Under the pieces are notes generated by a model. The model had not been told where the DNA came from, searched no databases, and was given only the letters and a program-made list of their open reading frames with translations. Of a DNA stretch of 64,000 nucleotides, positions 8,534 through 18,368 are shown piece after piece. How positions within the stretch are numbered: position 1 is the first letter of the stretch; each line of letters starts with the position of its first letter. A program made the translations under genes and the position numbers. The DNA is from a virus (taxonomy: Duplodnaviria > Heunggongvirae > Uroviricota > Caudoviricetes). The stretch covers positions 106,295 to 170,294 of IMG/VR virus record IMGVR_UViG_3300003310_000099. One strand, 5' to 3'.

Positions 8534-9220
8534 ATGGCTGAGATAGAAGTTACTGGAAGAATATGGACCGATTCGTTCCCTGGTTGGTCTTGGTATCGAG
8601 ATGATGGCACTGCATGGAAAAAGTGGGGCCATTTCAATGAATTAAATGAACCAGACCAAGGTACTTTTTCTTGGGTCAATCAGGGTGCAGCCACCATTGA
8701 TTCCACTTATGGCCCATCTGTTCTTAAAGCACCCGCTCCTGGTGGTGCTGGTGATGATGTACACATGAGGGTCCAAACACCTCCTGCAACACCATATAAT
8801 ATGTTTGTTTGTTTTATGCCCAATATTGAATCAGTTAATCAGACTAGTTGCGGTGTTGTTTTAAGAGAAAGCTCCACTGGTAAATTCATATTTTTCAGGT
8901 TTATGTTCGATACAACATCCATTATTGCCAAAAGTGATGTTATATTTTCAGTAGACAGATACACTAATCCTACCACTTTAAGCGGTAATTACACTGTCAG
9001 AAGTGCAGGTTTCTTGCGTGGTTCAGTGATTTGGCTAAGAATTACAGATGATGGAACGGATTTAACTTGGTCATATTCGAATGATGGAGTTAATTTTGTG
9101 GAAGTAACTTCACAAAGTAGAACTAATTTTCTGGCATTAGGCCCAAATCAAATAGGGTTTGCCATAAATAGTAATACTACTAGTGGATCAGCTGGAATGA
9201 CTCTGCTATCTTGGAATTAA
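8534..9220 (+). CDS. Putative virion structural protein, family A lacking the N-terminal domain
   Basis: Aligns by eye with the C-terminal two thirds of 6060-7061. Confidence 0.6.
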   Translation: MAEIEVTGRIWTDSFPGWSWYRDDGTAWKKWGHFNELNEPDQGTFSWVNQGAATIDSTYGPSVLKAPAPGGAGDDVHMRVQTPPATPYNMFVCFMPNIESVNQTSCGVVLRESSTGKFIFFRFMFDTTSIIAKSDVIFSVDRYTNPTTLSGNYTVRSAGFLRGSVIWLRITDDGTDLTWSYSNDGVNFVEVTSQSRTNFLALGPNQIGFAINSNTTSGSAGMTLLSWN

Positions 9221-9227
9221 GGAGTAT

Positions 9228-11282
9228 ATGGCTTTTGAGTTACATTCAGATATTGGTTGCCCTTTGTGTAAACTTGGCAATCTTAATTTTGGCAACTTGG
9301 AATCACAAACCTGTCCAATAGGCACGCCTGTAGGTCCGTATAACCAATTAAGCCAATTCCTTGATTCGACAGGTACTCGTAATTTCTGGCTAACAGGTGT
9401 CGGTACAAGAGATGTAGACACCAACACAACCGTTACTAATATAACAACCCCAGACTTTACAGCATTCTCTCCAGCAGGCACATCCATATCTGACGCTTAC
9501 ATATATTGGAACATACTTGCATCAACCGATGTAACCGCAGATACGATTATATTTGATGGAAATGGACCATTTACAGGAACACTTGTTGGTTGGTGCAATG
9601 ATACATGTTGGAAGCCTTTTAATGATGGTAGCAATACCGATGGTGCCGACCCTCCACAACCTATATACAACCGAGTCTATCGCTATAATGTATCCGCTTT
9701 TGTATCTTTAACAGGTGGTACTTATCGTGTAGAACTTCCTGGTATTAGCACTAATGCTTCTGTGGCAACTGCTAGTTCTGATTCTGCTCATTATCCTGGT
9801 TGTAATGGTAGTCAGGGTGTAGCTTTACTAATTCTTTATGAAGATGGCACGACAAGAAGAATTATCGTGCATGATGGTTGCGTATTACTAACTAGTCCTA
9901 GTGCTGGTTTTGGCGGTGTTAGCACTTATGATGTAACGATTGACCCAGGTTTCTTCATCCAGAATGCAGTTATTGCAAACGCTTGTGGAGATGTACAAAC
10001 AGAATATTCTGATTCATTAAAATACAATGGTACAGCCTTCCCGACTAATGGTTTTGGCAGTTATTTTAATCCTAATGCTAATGGTGGTGACGTACTTCAA
10101 AGTACAAATCTATTATTCACTGGTGCAGGGGCTGGGCCTAATGCTAAAGAATCCGTAATTTTAGCAGACTTCCCAACGCCAGCTATTGCTAACTGTCCTA
10201 ACACTACACAGATTGATATTACAAGTGGTGTTGAGTGTTTAGATTGGTTCTTGCACGTTTATGCTGCTGAGGAATCTGTTTGTTGTACAGATGCTCCTAA
10301 TCCTACAGGTCTTTACAACCAATTAAATCTATTTAGAAGTTATCTTGGAGAAGCTGATTCCGTACTTGCTGGAATAGGCACAAGAGATACTGATATGGTA
10401 ACTACTGGTACAGGTATAATGATTAATATTCCTGGTCCTGTTATAGAAGCATATCTTTATTGGAACGTTTTTGTGGCTAACACCCATCCGATTGCTACAT
10501 TTGAAACAGTAGAGTTTGACGGAGTGCTGAGTACGGGTACTTATGTTGGTTGGGGTGATAACACTTGTTGGTGTGCTTGTGATCCTGGCGATGAAAGCAA
10601 TACAGCATGTAATCTTTCTGCGCCTATTAAAAACAGAGTTTATCGTCTTGATGTTGGACCAAGTGGCACCAATCAGGTAACTGGTTCTAATAATTATCCT
10701 GTTAAATTACCAACCACTGTGCTTAGTCCTTTGCCATTATGCACTAAATGTCCTGATACGCCACATTATCCTGGTTGTGCGGGAAATCAGGGTGTGGCCT
10801 TGTTCGTCATTTATGGTGATCCAGGCAATTTAAGACATATTCTTTTGTATGATGGTTGTGCAGTTGTTATTCCAGATGTATTTACCCCTTATTCGCTGCA
10901 AACACCAGGGACTCAACAGAGTTATACAATTCCTGTTAATTCTACTTTCTCTACAGAAGCGATGATATCTTTGGCAGTAGGTGATGCTCAAAGTGATTTT
11001 GCTGATAATCTCCTTTGGAACAATCAACTTTTGCCACCGACACCAAACCATTTTACACCTAACGAAGGTAATTTGTTATATATTGACACATTGCCAGTAA
11101 AAGCTTATGCAGGGCCATGTTGTGGCAAACCTGGCAATACTGTAACGGTTTCAACACCTGATGATTGCTTGAGTTGGTTTATATTTGCATATAAAGCAAA
11201 GAAATGTTGTACACCAGAGAATACAGTGCAATGTGCCCAACCTGTAGTTTCAAACAATAATCAGCACTTTGTAAGTCCTTAA
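9228..11282 (+). CDS. Cys-rich protein with two tandem DUF3344-like domains (putative structural/adhesin)
   Basis: Two internal repeats of AY.YWN, W..NTCW, NRVYR.(N/D)V, HYPGC.G.QGVAL, DCL.WF. Confidence 0.5.
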   Translation: MAFELHSDIGCPLCKLGNLNFGNLESQTCPIGTPVGPYNQLSQFLDSTGTRNFWLTGVGTRDVDTNTTVTNITTPDFTAFSPAGTSISDAYIYWNILASTDVTADTIIFDGNGPFTGTLVGWCNDTCWKPFNDGSNTDGADPPQPIYNRVYRYNVSAFVSLTGGTYRVELPGISTNASVATASSDSAHYPGCNGSQGVALLILYEDGTTRRIIVHDGCVLLTSPSAGFGGVSTYDVTIDPGFFIQNAVIANACGDVQTEYSDSLKYNGTAFPTNGFGSYFNPNANGGDVLQSTNLLFTGAGAGPNAKESVILADFPTPAIANCPNTTQIDITSGVECLDWFLHVYAAEESVCCTDAPNPTGLYNQLNLFRSYLGEADSVLAGIGTRDTDMVTTGTGIMINIPGPVIEAYLYWNVFVANTHPIATFETVEFDGVLSTGTYVGWGDNTCWCACDPGDESNTACNLSAPIKNRVYRLDVGPSGTNQVTGSNNYPVKLPTTVLSPLPLCTKCPDTPHYPGCAGNQGVALFVIYGDPGNLRHILLYDGCAVVIPDVFTPYSLQTPGTQQSYTIPVNSTFSTEAMISLAVGDAQSDFADNLLWNNQLLPPTPNHFTPNEGNLLYIDTLPVKAYAGPCCGKPGNTVTVSTPDDCLSWFIFAYKAKKCCTPENTVQCAQPVVSNNNQHFVSP

Positions 11283-11968
11283 AAGAAATTGGGCATGGAG
11301 AGTTGAACTACATCAACATTTGGCACAAGAGGAATCCTCCCATATTTCGGGAGGATTTCCTTTAAGGCTTGAGTGTATTCCTCATCTTTCCAGCAATCGT
11401 GCCACATAATGTCAGACATTCTTTTCATTCTATTACTTCCAATCCTCTTCCATACGCTGTACGTTTTGGCTATGTTGAAAATGTCATATTCAATGGAATC
11501 TGTGTTTTTGATGATGACTTTCTGTAAATCTTCCAGGTGATTGAGCCAATGGCTGACTTGGTAGGCTACACATTCTGTTCTGAGAGGAAATCTCCAGTAG
11601 TCACAGCGATTGCCGTAGGTATGGCTTGGGTCGGTTTGGATGGTTTCTATGAGGCTTTGGGTCCAGTCGAAGAGTGGAATTAAGCGTCTGGACATTTTGA
11701 CTAGTATATCAAAATTGTTCTTATTTGCCCATAATAAGCCATTATAGAGGGCAGAAACATCTCCTGCAAAATGGCCTCTTCTGAACGATGTGGACATAAA
11801 ATCGCATTGGTATAATCTACATATGTTGAGTAGATTTTCGTCACCGCTTGAGTCATCATGAACAAGGACAGGAACTTTGACACCGTTCTTTTTCATAACT
11901 TCCATAGCGAGTTGAATATGTTCTGGGGTGCCAAAGGTGCTTATTGTCAGACAAATTGAAGGATTCAT
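11279..11968 (-). CDS. Putative GT-A fold glycosyltransferase
   Basis: VLVHDDSS, RRGH..GD motifs; inside the glycosylation island. Confidence 0.55.
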   Translation of the reverse strand: MNPSICLTISTFGTPEHIQLAMEVMKKNGVKVPVLVHDDSSGDENLLNICRLYQCDFMSTSFRRGHFAGDVSALYNGLLWANKNNFDILVKMSRRLIPLFDWTQSLIETIQTDPSHTYGNRCDYWRFPLRTECVAYQVSHWLNHLEDLQKVIIKNTDSIEYDIFNIAKTYSVWKRIGSNRMKRMSDIMWHDCWKDEEYTQALKEILPKYGRIPLVPNVDVVQLSMPNFF

Positions 11969-11997
11969 ACTACTTAATTTAGTGTAATGGGTAAAAT

Positions 11998-12969
11998 ATG
12001 ATTTCTATAATGTGCCATCTTTATCATCATTATCTCTGGGGTGAGATTAGTGATTCCATAGCAAAAATCAAAACTGAAAAACAATTATATGTGAATTTAA
12101 CTAACGACAGGCCAAGCGAACAGATTAGCAAAGAAATTAAAAACAAGTTTCCAGATGCTAAAATTTTAGTTAGTCCGAACCAAGGCAAAGACATTGGTGG
12201 TAATCTAAGATTGATTGGGCAATGGTTGGAGGAAGGTTCCCCTGGAGAGTTGATGATTCTGTGTCACAGTAAGAACAAAAATGATAGTTGGAGAAGGGAG
12301 TTATTCAATGCTGTGTCCAGCAATTATGCTCCTTTTTTGTTCGACAATAATCCTAGTGTAGGTATGGCTGGGCATAAAAATTGGGTTTATCATCGTGGAG
12401 AGGATGTTAATTCTAGGTTTTACAAGAACTATTGTATGAAGTTTGGACTTAATGACACTGGTATGGATTTTGTTGCAGGCACTATGTTCGCCGTTCGCAG
12501 TAGTATTTTTAGAGATTTTTTCTCAAAACACAATCCTGTTGCTTTGGCGAATGAACTAGAAAATGGGGATGTGAATGAGCCTTCAAAAACTCATGCGTGG
12601 GAGAGGTTGTATGGGGAGGTTGTCAAACATTATGGGTACATAATAAAACCCATTGAACACTGTGAAGACATAGACCCTAATATTTTAGAGTCATATAATG
12701 AAGAGTATTACTTGGCAACCAATCCTGATGTTAAGCGGGTGGTGCTTGCCAACGACTTCTCTTCTGGGCTTATACACTATATCAGACACGGCAAATCTGA
12801 ACTGCGAATACCTTGTGAGGGATTTAAGTTTAAGCAATTTAGTGAAAAATACTACTTAGACAATAATTTGGATGTGCTGGTTGCTATCAAAAAAGGTCAG
12901 TTCAAAAATGGGTATGACCATTATTTAAAACACGGGCATAAAGAAAATAGGAAATATTTATATGAGTAG
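11998..12969 (+). CDS. Rhamnan synthesis F (RgpF)-like glycosyltransferase with two C-terminal NPDV repeats
   Basis: NQGKDIGG, LCHSK, WRREL, FVAGTMF..R, HAWERL motifs. Confidence 0.7.
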   Translation: MISIMCHLYHHYLWGEISDSIAKIKTEKQLYVNLTNDRPSEQISKEIKNKFPDAKILVSPNQGKDIGGNLRLIGQWLEEGSPGELMILCHSKNKNDSWRRELFNAVSSNYAPFLFDNNPSVGMAGHKNWVYHRGEDVNSRFYKNYCMKFGLNDTGMDFVAGTMFAVRSSIFRDFFSKHNPVALANELENGDVNEPSKTHAWERLYGEVVKHYGYIIKPIEHCEDIDPNILESYNEEYYLATNPDVKRVVLANDFSSGLIHYIRHGKSELRIPCEGFKFKQFSEKYYLDNNLDVLVAIKKGQFKNGYDHYLKHGHKENRKYLYE

Positions 12970-13912
12970 TATTACTTTTAAGCACAGTGGGCAATTAGGG
13001 GATATTATTTATTCTTTGCTCACTGTTAAGACTTTATGCGGTGATAGCAGGAAAGCTATTTTTTATATTAGTTTATATGAGACTATAAGGATGCACTGGT
13101 TTGATAGCATTAGAATTGTTTACGGTATGGATAAGGATTCTTATAATTTTATAGCTCCGCTAATTGCATCTCAATCTTACATTGAAAAAGTTTTAGTACA
13201 TAATGGGGAAAGAGTAAATTATGATTTTGATGTTAGTTTGTTTAACTATAGGGCTGGAATCGTCAAGCAAACTAACATCATTAATTACTATGACAACATA
13301 GATTATAGTAAAGTTGATAAGTGGTTAACTCTGCCAAAGATTGATGGCTTTCCTAGATTCAATATTCTTAACAGGACAAGAAGGTATAGGAATGATATTT
13401 TAAACTATGCTGAGGTAGCTAAGAAGTTTTGTTTTATAGGATTGCGATCAGAGGTAGATTTTGATATTCCGAGGATACAAGTACAGAATGCATTACAAGT
13501 AGCAGATGTGTTGAATCACTGTCATTGTTTTGTTGGCAATCAGTCTTTGGCGTATGCGATTGCATGGGGGCTTGGTGTTGAGAAAAGGGCTTTGGAAATC
13601 GGTCCAGTTGCTAATGTCAAGGATCAAAACGGATTCAAAATACAAGATAATGAAGATTTGTTTAGTTTTTGTTCTACCGTAAAGACTGTTAATGAAGATT
13701 TAAATAGGTGTGTTTTTCCTATACGAAAATTTGATATCGGTGCTGTTGATATGAATAGGTATAAAAAATTTGATGAAGTGTTTTATTTAAACAGTAATCC
13801 AGATGTTGCTAAAGCTGTGATGTTTGGTGGATTGAAGTCAGGTGAAGAACATTACATCATGAATGGTAAAACTGAAGGCAGAAAAGCAAGATACATCAAT
13901 GGAAATTTTTAA
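12962..13912 (+). CDS. Putative GT-B (GT9-like) glycosyltransferase with a C-terminal NPDV repeat
   Basis: HSGQLGDIIYSL N-terminus; FVGNQSLAYAIA. Confidence 0.55.
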   Translation: MSSITFKHSGQLGDIIYSLLTVKTLCGDSRKAIFYISLYETIRMHWFDSIRIVYGMDKDSYNFIAPLIASQSYIEKVLVHNGERVNYDFDVSLFNYRAGIVKQTNIINYYDNIDYSKVDKWLTLPKIDGFPRFNILNRTRRYRNDILNYAEVAKKFCFIGLRSEVDFDIPRIQVQNALQVADVLNHCHCFVGNQSLAYAIAWGLGVEKRALEIGPVANVKDQNGFKIQDNEDLFSFCSTVKTVNEDLNRCVFPIRKFDIGAVDMNRYKKFDEVFYLNSNPDVAKAVMFGGLKSGEEHYIMNGKTEGRKARYINGNF

Positions 13913-14759
13913 TTTATATGTTACCAATCAACCTAACGTGGGAGACAATAATTGTTCTCCTTTATTGTATTTTAAATTTCCTTTTGATATCAATATCGTT
14001 AATATTTTAGATTTAAGAAAGAAATTCGATGAGGATTTTTACTTTAAAAAATATCCAGATGTTGCGAAAGCAGTTTATTTAGGGCAGTTTAAATCGGGGT
14101 ATGACCATTATGTTAGGCATGGCAATGTTGAAAAAAGACTGTTTAGATTTTTCCCAGAAAATAGCACATTTATAATTGGTGGCGGCGGTGTGATGCATTT
14201 CAAGGAATTAGAGTTGTTGGCTAAAAACAAAGGTAGCAGCAGATTAATTTCTTGGGGAATAGGACATAATACCCATGATAGTAGTAAAGTTAGCTGGCCT
14301 GAATACATGTATTTGTTTGATTTGCATGGAATTAGAGATTGGGGTAATCCCTGGTCATGGGTGCCTTGTGCAAGTTGCATGAGTCCTTTGTTTGACTTAT
14401 CATATGAAACTAAATTCGATATAGTGGTATACGAACATGGTGACATGCCACTTAGCGTAGGAAAGTTCCCAAAAATGTCTAATTTCCATAATAGTTTTAG
14501 CAAGGTTGTTAGTTTTTTAGGAAGTGGTGATGTTGTCGTGACTAACACATATCACGGAGCTTATTGGGCAACTTTACTTAATAAAAAAGTCTTTGTAATA
14601 AACCCTTTTAGCACAAGATTTTTAGGGTTCAGACACATGCCGTTATTATCTAATGATTTGAATGACGTGGATAACGCAAGATCATATCCTATGGCTTTAG
14701 CTGAGTGTCGAGAAGCTAATTTGAAACATTATGATAAAGTTTTGTCATATTTAGTTTAG
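13899..14759 (+). CDS. Polysaccharide pyruvyl transferase-like protein
   Basis: NVGD, IIGGGG, WGIGHN, GIRD, VVTNTYHGAYWA.LL.KKV; start moved to the ATG at 13899. Confidence 0.6.
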   Translation: MEIFNLYVTNQPNVGDNNCSPLLYFKFPFDINIVNILDLRKKFDEDFYFKKYPDVAKAVYLGQFKSGYDHYVRHGNVEKRLFRFFPENSTFIIGGGGVMHFKELELLAKNKGSSRLISWGIGHNTHDSSKVSWPEYMYLFDLHGIRDWGNPWSWVPCASCMSPLFDLSYETKFDIVVYEHGDMPLSVGKFPKMSNFHNSFSKVVSFLGSGDVVVTNTYHGAYWATLLNKKVFVINPFSTRFLGFRHMPLLSNDLNDVDNARSYPMALAECREANLKHYDKVLSYLV

Positions 14760-15334
14760 TTAAAATATGCTATTTGAAAAAAGGAATCATTAATTTTATA
14801 TGCCCATTGCTGTGACCCAATTTTAATGAGTGAATTTTTGTCAAAATATTCATTTACAGCTTTAATAACCCCAGGCCAACCTCCGATGTAGTCGTCTCCA
14901 CAAATCCAACCTCCTGTTTTAACTTTCGGCAACCAGTTTTTTATGTCTGATTTTACGGCATCGTATTCGTGCCCAGCGTCAATATAAACTATATCAAAAT
15001 GTTTATCTGGGAACAATGCACTGGCTGGAGATGTTGGACTTTTTATCAAATTGATCTTGTCAATTATTCTAGATAGATTATTTTTAGCAGTTTCGTAAGT
15101 GGTTGTGCCATGCCCAATGTTGTATGTGTCTGAAAACCAGTCAATGGCATGATACTCAAATGTGTGACCGTTATTTAATAGCTCAACTACCCACATTGCC
15201 GTCTGTCTTCCTTTCCAGACTCCCAACTCTGCAATCTTGAGATGAGTGGGTGATTTTGGAAGCATCATTTTGAGTAATGCTAATTGGTCGTGTTTCGTAC
15301 ACCAACCATGAATGTTTTCATAGAAATGTTCCAT
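14756..15334 (-). CDS. Class I SAM-dependent methyltransferase (Methyltransf_24-like)
   Basis: AELGVWKG; DIVYIDAGHEY...D...W...K.GG.ICGDDY. Confidence 0.8.
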   Translation of the reverse strand: MEHFYENIHGWCTKHDQLALLKMMLPKSPTHLKIAELGVWKGRQTAMWVVELLNNGHTFEYHAIDWFSDTYNIGHGTTTYETAKNNLSRIIDKINLIKSPTSPASALFPDKHFDIVYIDAGHEYDAVKSDIKNWLPKVKTGGWICGDDYIGGWPGVIKAVNEYFDKNSLIKIGSQQWAYKINDSFFQIAYFN

Positions 15335-15365
15335 GTATTATATATATATTTCAGGGGGCTTATTT

Positions 15366-16115
15366 ATGGAATTAGGGATTTGTTTAATTGCCAAAAATGA
15401 AAAAGAGTGCTATTTAAGGGAGTGGTTGGATTATCATTTTTTGGCTGGGGTGGATTTTGTATGCATTTATGATAATGACAGCGATATTCCAATTAAATCA
15501 ACTTTGTCAGATATTAAAAATTTGGAGGTAGTGCATTGGCCTGGCAAATATGTGCAGCACAATGCGTACATGAATTTTTTACAAAGATACAAGAATAAAA
15601 TTAAGTGGGGTGCTTTTATCGACGCTGATGAATTTATTGTATCAAAATGCGGAAACATAAAAAAGAATCTAGCAGGCCATTCCAAATTTGGTGGGCTTGG
15701 CTTGAATTGGCGTATATTTGGGTCGAATGGACTAATTGAAAATGAAAGTAAATCACAAATTAAAGCATTCACAAAACGAGCGAAAGATGTTTTTCCCCCA
15801 AATAGACACATAAAAACGATAGCACAACTAGGTGTGACTGCGAATTGTTTGACACCACATCATTTTTCATATAATTCAGGATATTTTTGCGCAAATGAGT
15901 TAGGGCATCCATGTAATGAGCCATTTGCTAATTTCACGGCGCAATACATATACATACATCATTACTATACAAGAAGTTATAATGAATATCAACAAAAACT
16001 ATCTAAAGGACGTGCAGATGGTCCAATGGGACGGGCAGAATTCAAGGCATATGATTTGAATGAAATGGAAGATTTGACGTTGGTAAAATTATATGAAAAG
16101 CTTAAAGGAGTATGA
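15366..16115 (+). CDS. Glycosyltransferase family 92/2-like
   Basis: IAKNE..YL.EW..YH..G, IYDNDS, FIDADEF, K.I, IHHY.TRS; start moved to 15366. Confidence 0.75.
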   Translation: MELGICLIAKNEKECYLREWLDYHFLAGVDFVCIYDNDSDIPIKSTLSDIKNLEVVHWPGKYVQHNAYMNFLQRYKNKIKWGAFIDADEFIVSKCGNIKKNLAGHSKFGGLGLNWRIFGSNGLIENESKSQIKAFTKRAKDVFPPNRHIKTIAQLGVTANCLTPHHFSYNSGYFCANELGHPCNEPFANFTAQYIYIHHYYTRSYNEYQQKLSKGRADGPMGRAEFKAYDLNEMEDLTLVKLYEKLKGV

Positions 16116-16885
16116 TGCGTAAAGGTGTGTTTTCGATGTGCAGGGATGAGGCGGGACATTTACCGATCTGGCTGAACTATTATTCCCAATATTTCGATGT
16201 TAAAGATATTTACATCATGGATAATAATACAGTTGATGGTTCAACTAAGAATTTACCATGTAATGTATGGGCTGATCCTCATCCGCATGTGGATATGAAT
16301 TGGGTTACTGAAAAGGCTAATTGGTGGCTTTATTGGTTTTTAAAAACTTTGACACCCAAGTATGATATGATGTTATATGCCGATATGGATGAGATTTATT
16401 ATCATCCAAACGGTTTAGATAAATTTATGGAATCTTTACATTCAAGCGGGTTTAAAGGAGCTATTCGTCCCAAAGATAGTTATGAGATATATCATTGTGC
16501 CACTGAGGAGCCTGATTTAGACCTTAGTAAACCAATTTTACAACAGAGAAAATATGGGAAAGATTTGTTTAAAGCTAATGGTTGGACTTGGCGAAAAGCA
16601 ACGTTAACCAACATTCCTTTGAGATGGACTCCAGGTTTTCATGATGTTGCTGACTCAAAAGGCTATCCTGTTAAAATGGATGATGATTACAAACTAATTC
16701 ATTTACATTTCATGGATTACAAAATATGTTTAGAAAGACATGAAAAGCGTAACAGGCTTCATTGGTCCCATCCAAATGGAAGTCATGGTAGAGTGGTCGG
16801 GAATCAACTAAAAGCTTGGTTTTCTTATCGAGGCATGTTGTTGCCAGATAACATCAGAAATATTAATTTACAGTATTATAAATAA
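16112..16885 (+). CDS. Glycosyltransferase family 2-like
   Basis: W..YY, IMDNNTVDGST, YADMDE, LIHLH..D motifs. Confidence 0.65.
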   Translation: MMRKGVFSMCRDEAGHLPIWLNYYSQYFDVKDIYIMDNNTVDGSTKNLPCNVWADPHPHVDMNWVTEKANWWLYWFLKTLTPKYDMMLYADMDEIYYHPNGLDKFMESLHSSGFKGAIRPKDSYEIYHCATEEPDLDLSKPILQQRKYGKDLFKANGWTWRKATLTNIPLRWTPGFHDVADSKGYPVKMDDDYKLIHLHFMDYKICLERHEKRNRLHWSHPNGSHGRVVGNQLKAWFSYRGMLLPDNIRNINLQYYK

Positions 16886-16890
16886 AGCCT

Positions 16891-17445
16891 ATGAAAAAAG
16901 TAGTTGAAAGATATGTGTTTACTAGGGATGTAGTAGATAAAACTGAAGAACAATTAAGTCATTTGCGACAAATTGAAAGATATTGCATGATTAGACAGTG
17001 GTGCAGGGGTAAAGTTCTTGATTTCGGTTGTGGTAGTGGTTACGGAACATATATTGTGTCAAAAAATAGTGATGTGAAATCAATTTTAGGATATGATATA
17101 AGCGCAGAAGCAATAGCTTGGGCTGGGGATAATTTTTCTAATTATAATCTCCAGTATACTTCAAAATTGGAAAATACCAATTTTGACATGTTATTGGCAA
17201 TTGAGGTTGTTGAACACATTTTAGATAAAACATTAATTCCAACGGTTGCCAAAAACTTAGAAGTTAAAGAGATTATTTTGTCCTATCCTTCTAAAAAAAC
17301 TACTCACTATAACAAATTTCATCATTATGATTATAACACTCAGGAGCTTCTTGATTTGTTCGTTGGCTACAAATTGCTAAGAGAAATAAACTTTCACGAA
17401 GAATGTAAAATATTGATGTTGATTAAAGATACCATTGCTTCATAA
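16891..17445 (+). CDS. Class I SAM-dependent methyltransferase
   Basis: H...Y, KVLDFGCGSGYG, GYDIS, EVVEH. Confidence 0.8.
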   Translation: MKKVVERYVFTRDVVDKTEEQLSHLRQIERYCMIRQWCRGKVLDFGCGSGYGTYIVSKNSDVKSILGYDISAEAIAWAGDNFSNYNLQYTSKLENTNFDMLLAIEVVEHILDKTLIPTVAKNLEVKEIILSYPSKKTTHYNKFHHYDYNTQELLDLFVGYKLLREINFHEECKILMLIKDTIAS

Positions 17446-18078
17446 CATTAGGATTTTTTCAGAAGACAGTATTCTAGTTTCTTTATGGTATTGCTCTTTT
17501 ATTAACTTAATTTGCTCAGGAGAATGAAAATAATGCAAACCATGATAGCCTAAAGTTCCTAATTTAAAATACTTTTCACAACAAAACTCTCTTGCGGCTT
17601 CTTCGGGTGCCATTTTAGCACTAACACTTTTCAATCTATGGTGGAAAAAAATGTCTTCTGGTTCACCATACTTGGTGTATTTATGGTTTTTCAAAACCTC
17701 TATCATTTTGGATTTAGAACGTATTGATAAACCACCATTGTAATGACCTCCAGACGGACCTCCTATCCAATCCCATTCCAAAAACTTATCAATACCACGC
17801 CTTAATAACATGCTATCATGCTGAAATATCAAAATCTTCTCATGAGGTATCTGATTCCAGAAATCTTCAGTTGCCAACAAACCACTGTAAGAATCTCTGT
17901 CCAAGTTCCTATTAAGGTTTATCTTGATTGCATCTAATCCTTCAAATGCCCTGACATTAAGATAATGAAAAATGTATAACTGCCACCTGTCATCCAGCAT
18001 TTTCATGTGGTTGAGGATGATGGACTTTAAATCGGGGATGTTCCGAGTTTCCACGATAACTGCTGCGTATTCTGACAT
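17440..18078 (-). CDS. DUF5672-like (GT-related) protein
   Basis: ILIFQHDS, WDWIGG, NGGLSIRS, EDIFF motifs. Confidence 0.65.
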   Translation of the reverse strand: MSEYAAVIVETRNIPDLKSIILNHMKMLDDRWQLYIFHYLNVRAFEGLDAIKINLNRNLDRDSYSGLLATEDFWNQIPHEKILIFQHDSMLLRRGIDKFLEWDWIGGPSGGHYNGGLSIRSKSKMIEVLKNHKYTKYGEPEDIFFHHRLKSVSAKMAPEEAAREFCCEKYFKLGTLGYHGLHYFHSPEQIKLIKEQYHKETRILSSEKILML

Positions 18079-18092
18079 TTACAGGTATTTAC

Positions 18093-18120
18093 TTTACAAA
18101 TCTGGAATTTGTAGTAAAAT
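18093..18120 (+). promoter_or_regulatory. Putative promoter (16-bp spacer class) upstream of tRNA
   Basis: TTTACA-aatctggaatttgtag-TAAAAT. Confidence 0.6.
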
Positions 18121-18193
18121 AAGCCTGTCCAGACTTAAATAGTGTAGAGGAATTCTGTACAGGTCAGGATACCTTAGCTGTACCTAGTGGTTT

Positions 18194-18265
18194 CTCAGCG
18201 TAGCCTATTGGCGAGGCACTTCCCTCATAAGGAAGCTTAAGTGAGTTCGATTCTCACCGCTGAGA
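18194..18265 (+). tRNA. tRNA with CAT anticodon (elongator Met or Ile2); CCA not encoded
   Basis: Acceptor CTCAGCG/CGCTGAG, D-stem GCCT/AGGC, anticodon arm CTTCC-CTCATAA-GGAAG, T-arm GTGAG-TTCGATT-CTCAC. Confidence 0.9.
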
Positions 18266-18368
18266 CTTTCCCGTTTCGGTTGTACGCAACCTATGTCTTC
18301 ACAAGTGTTTGCGTAGTGTCACTTTCTTTTACGGGTAGTAGTAATATATAAAGGAAACGGAGGTATTT

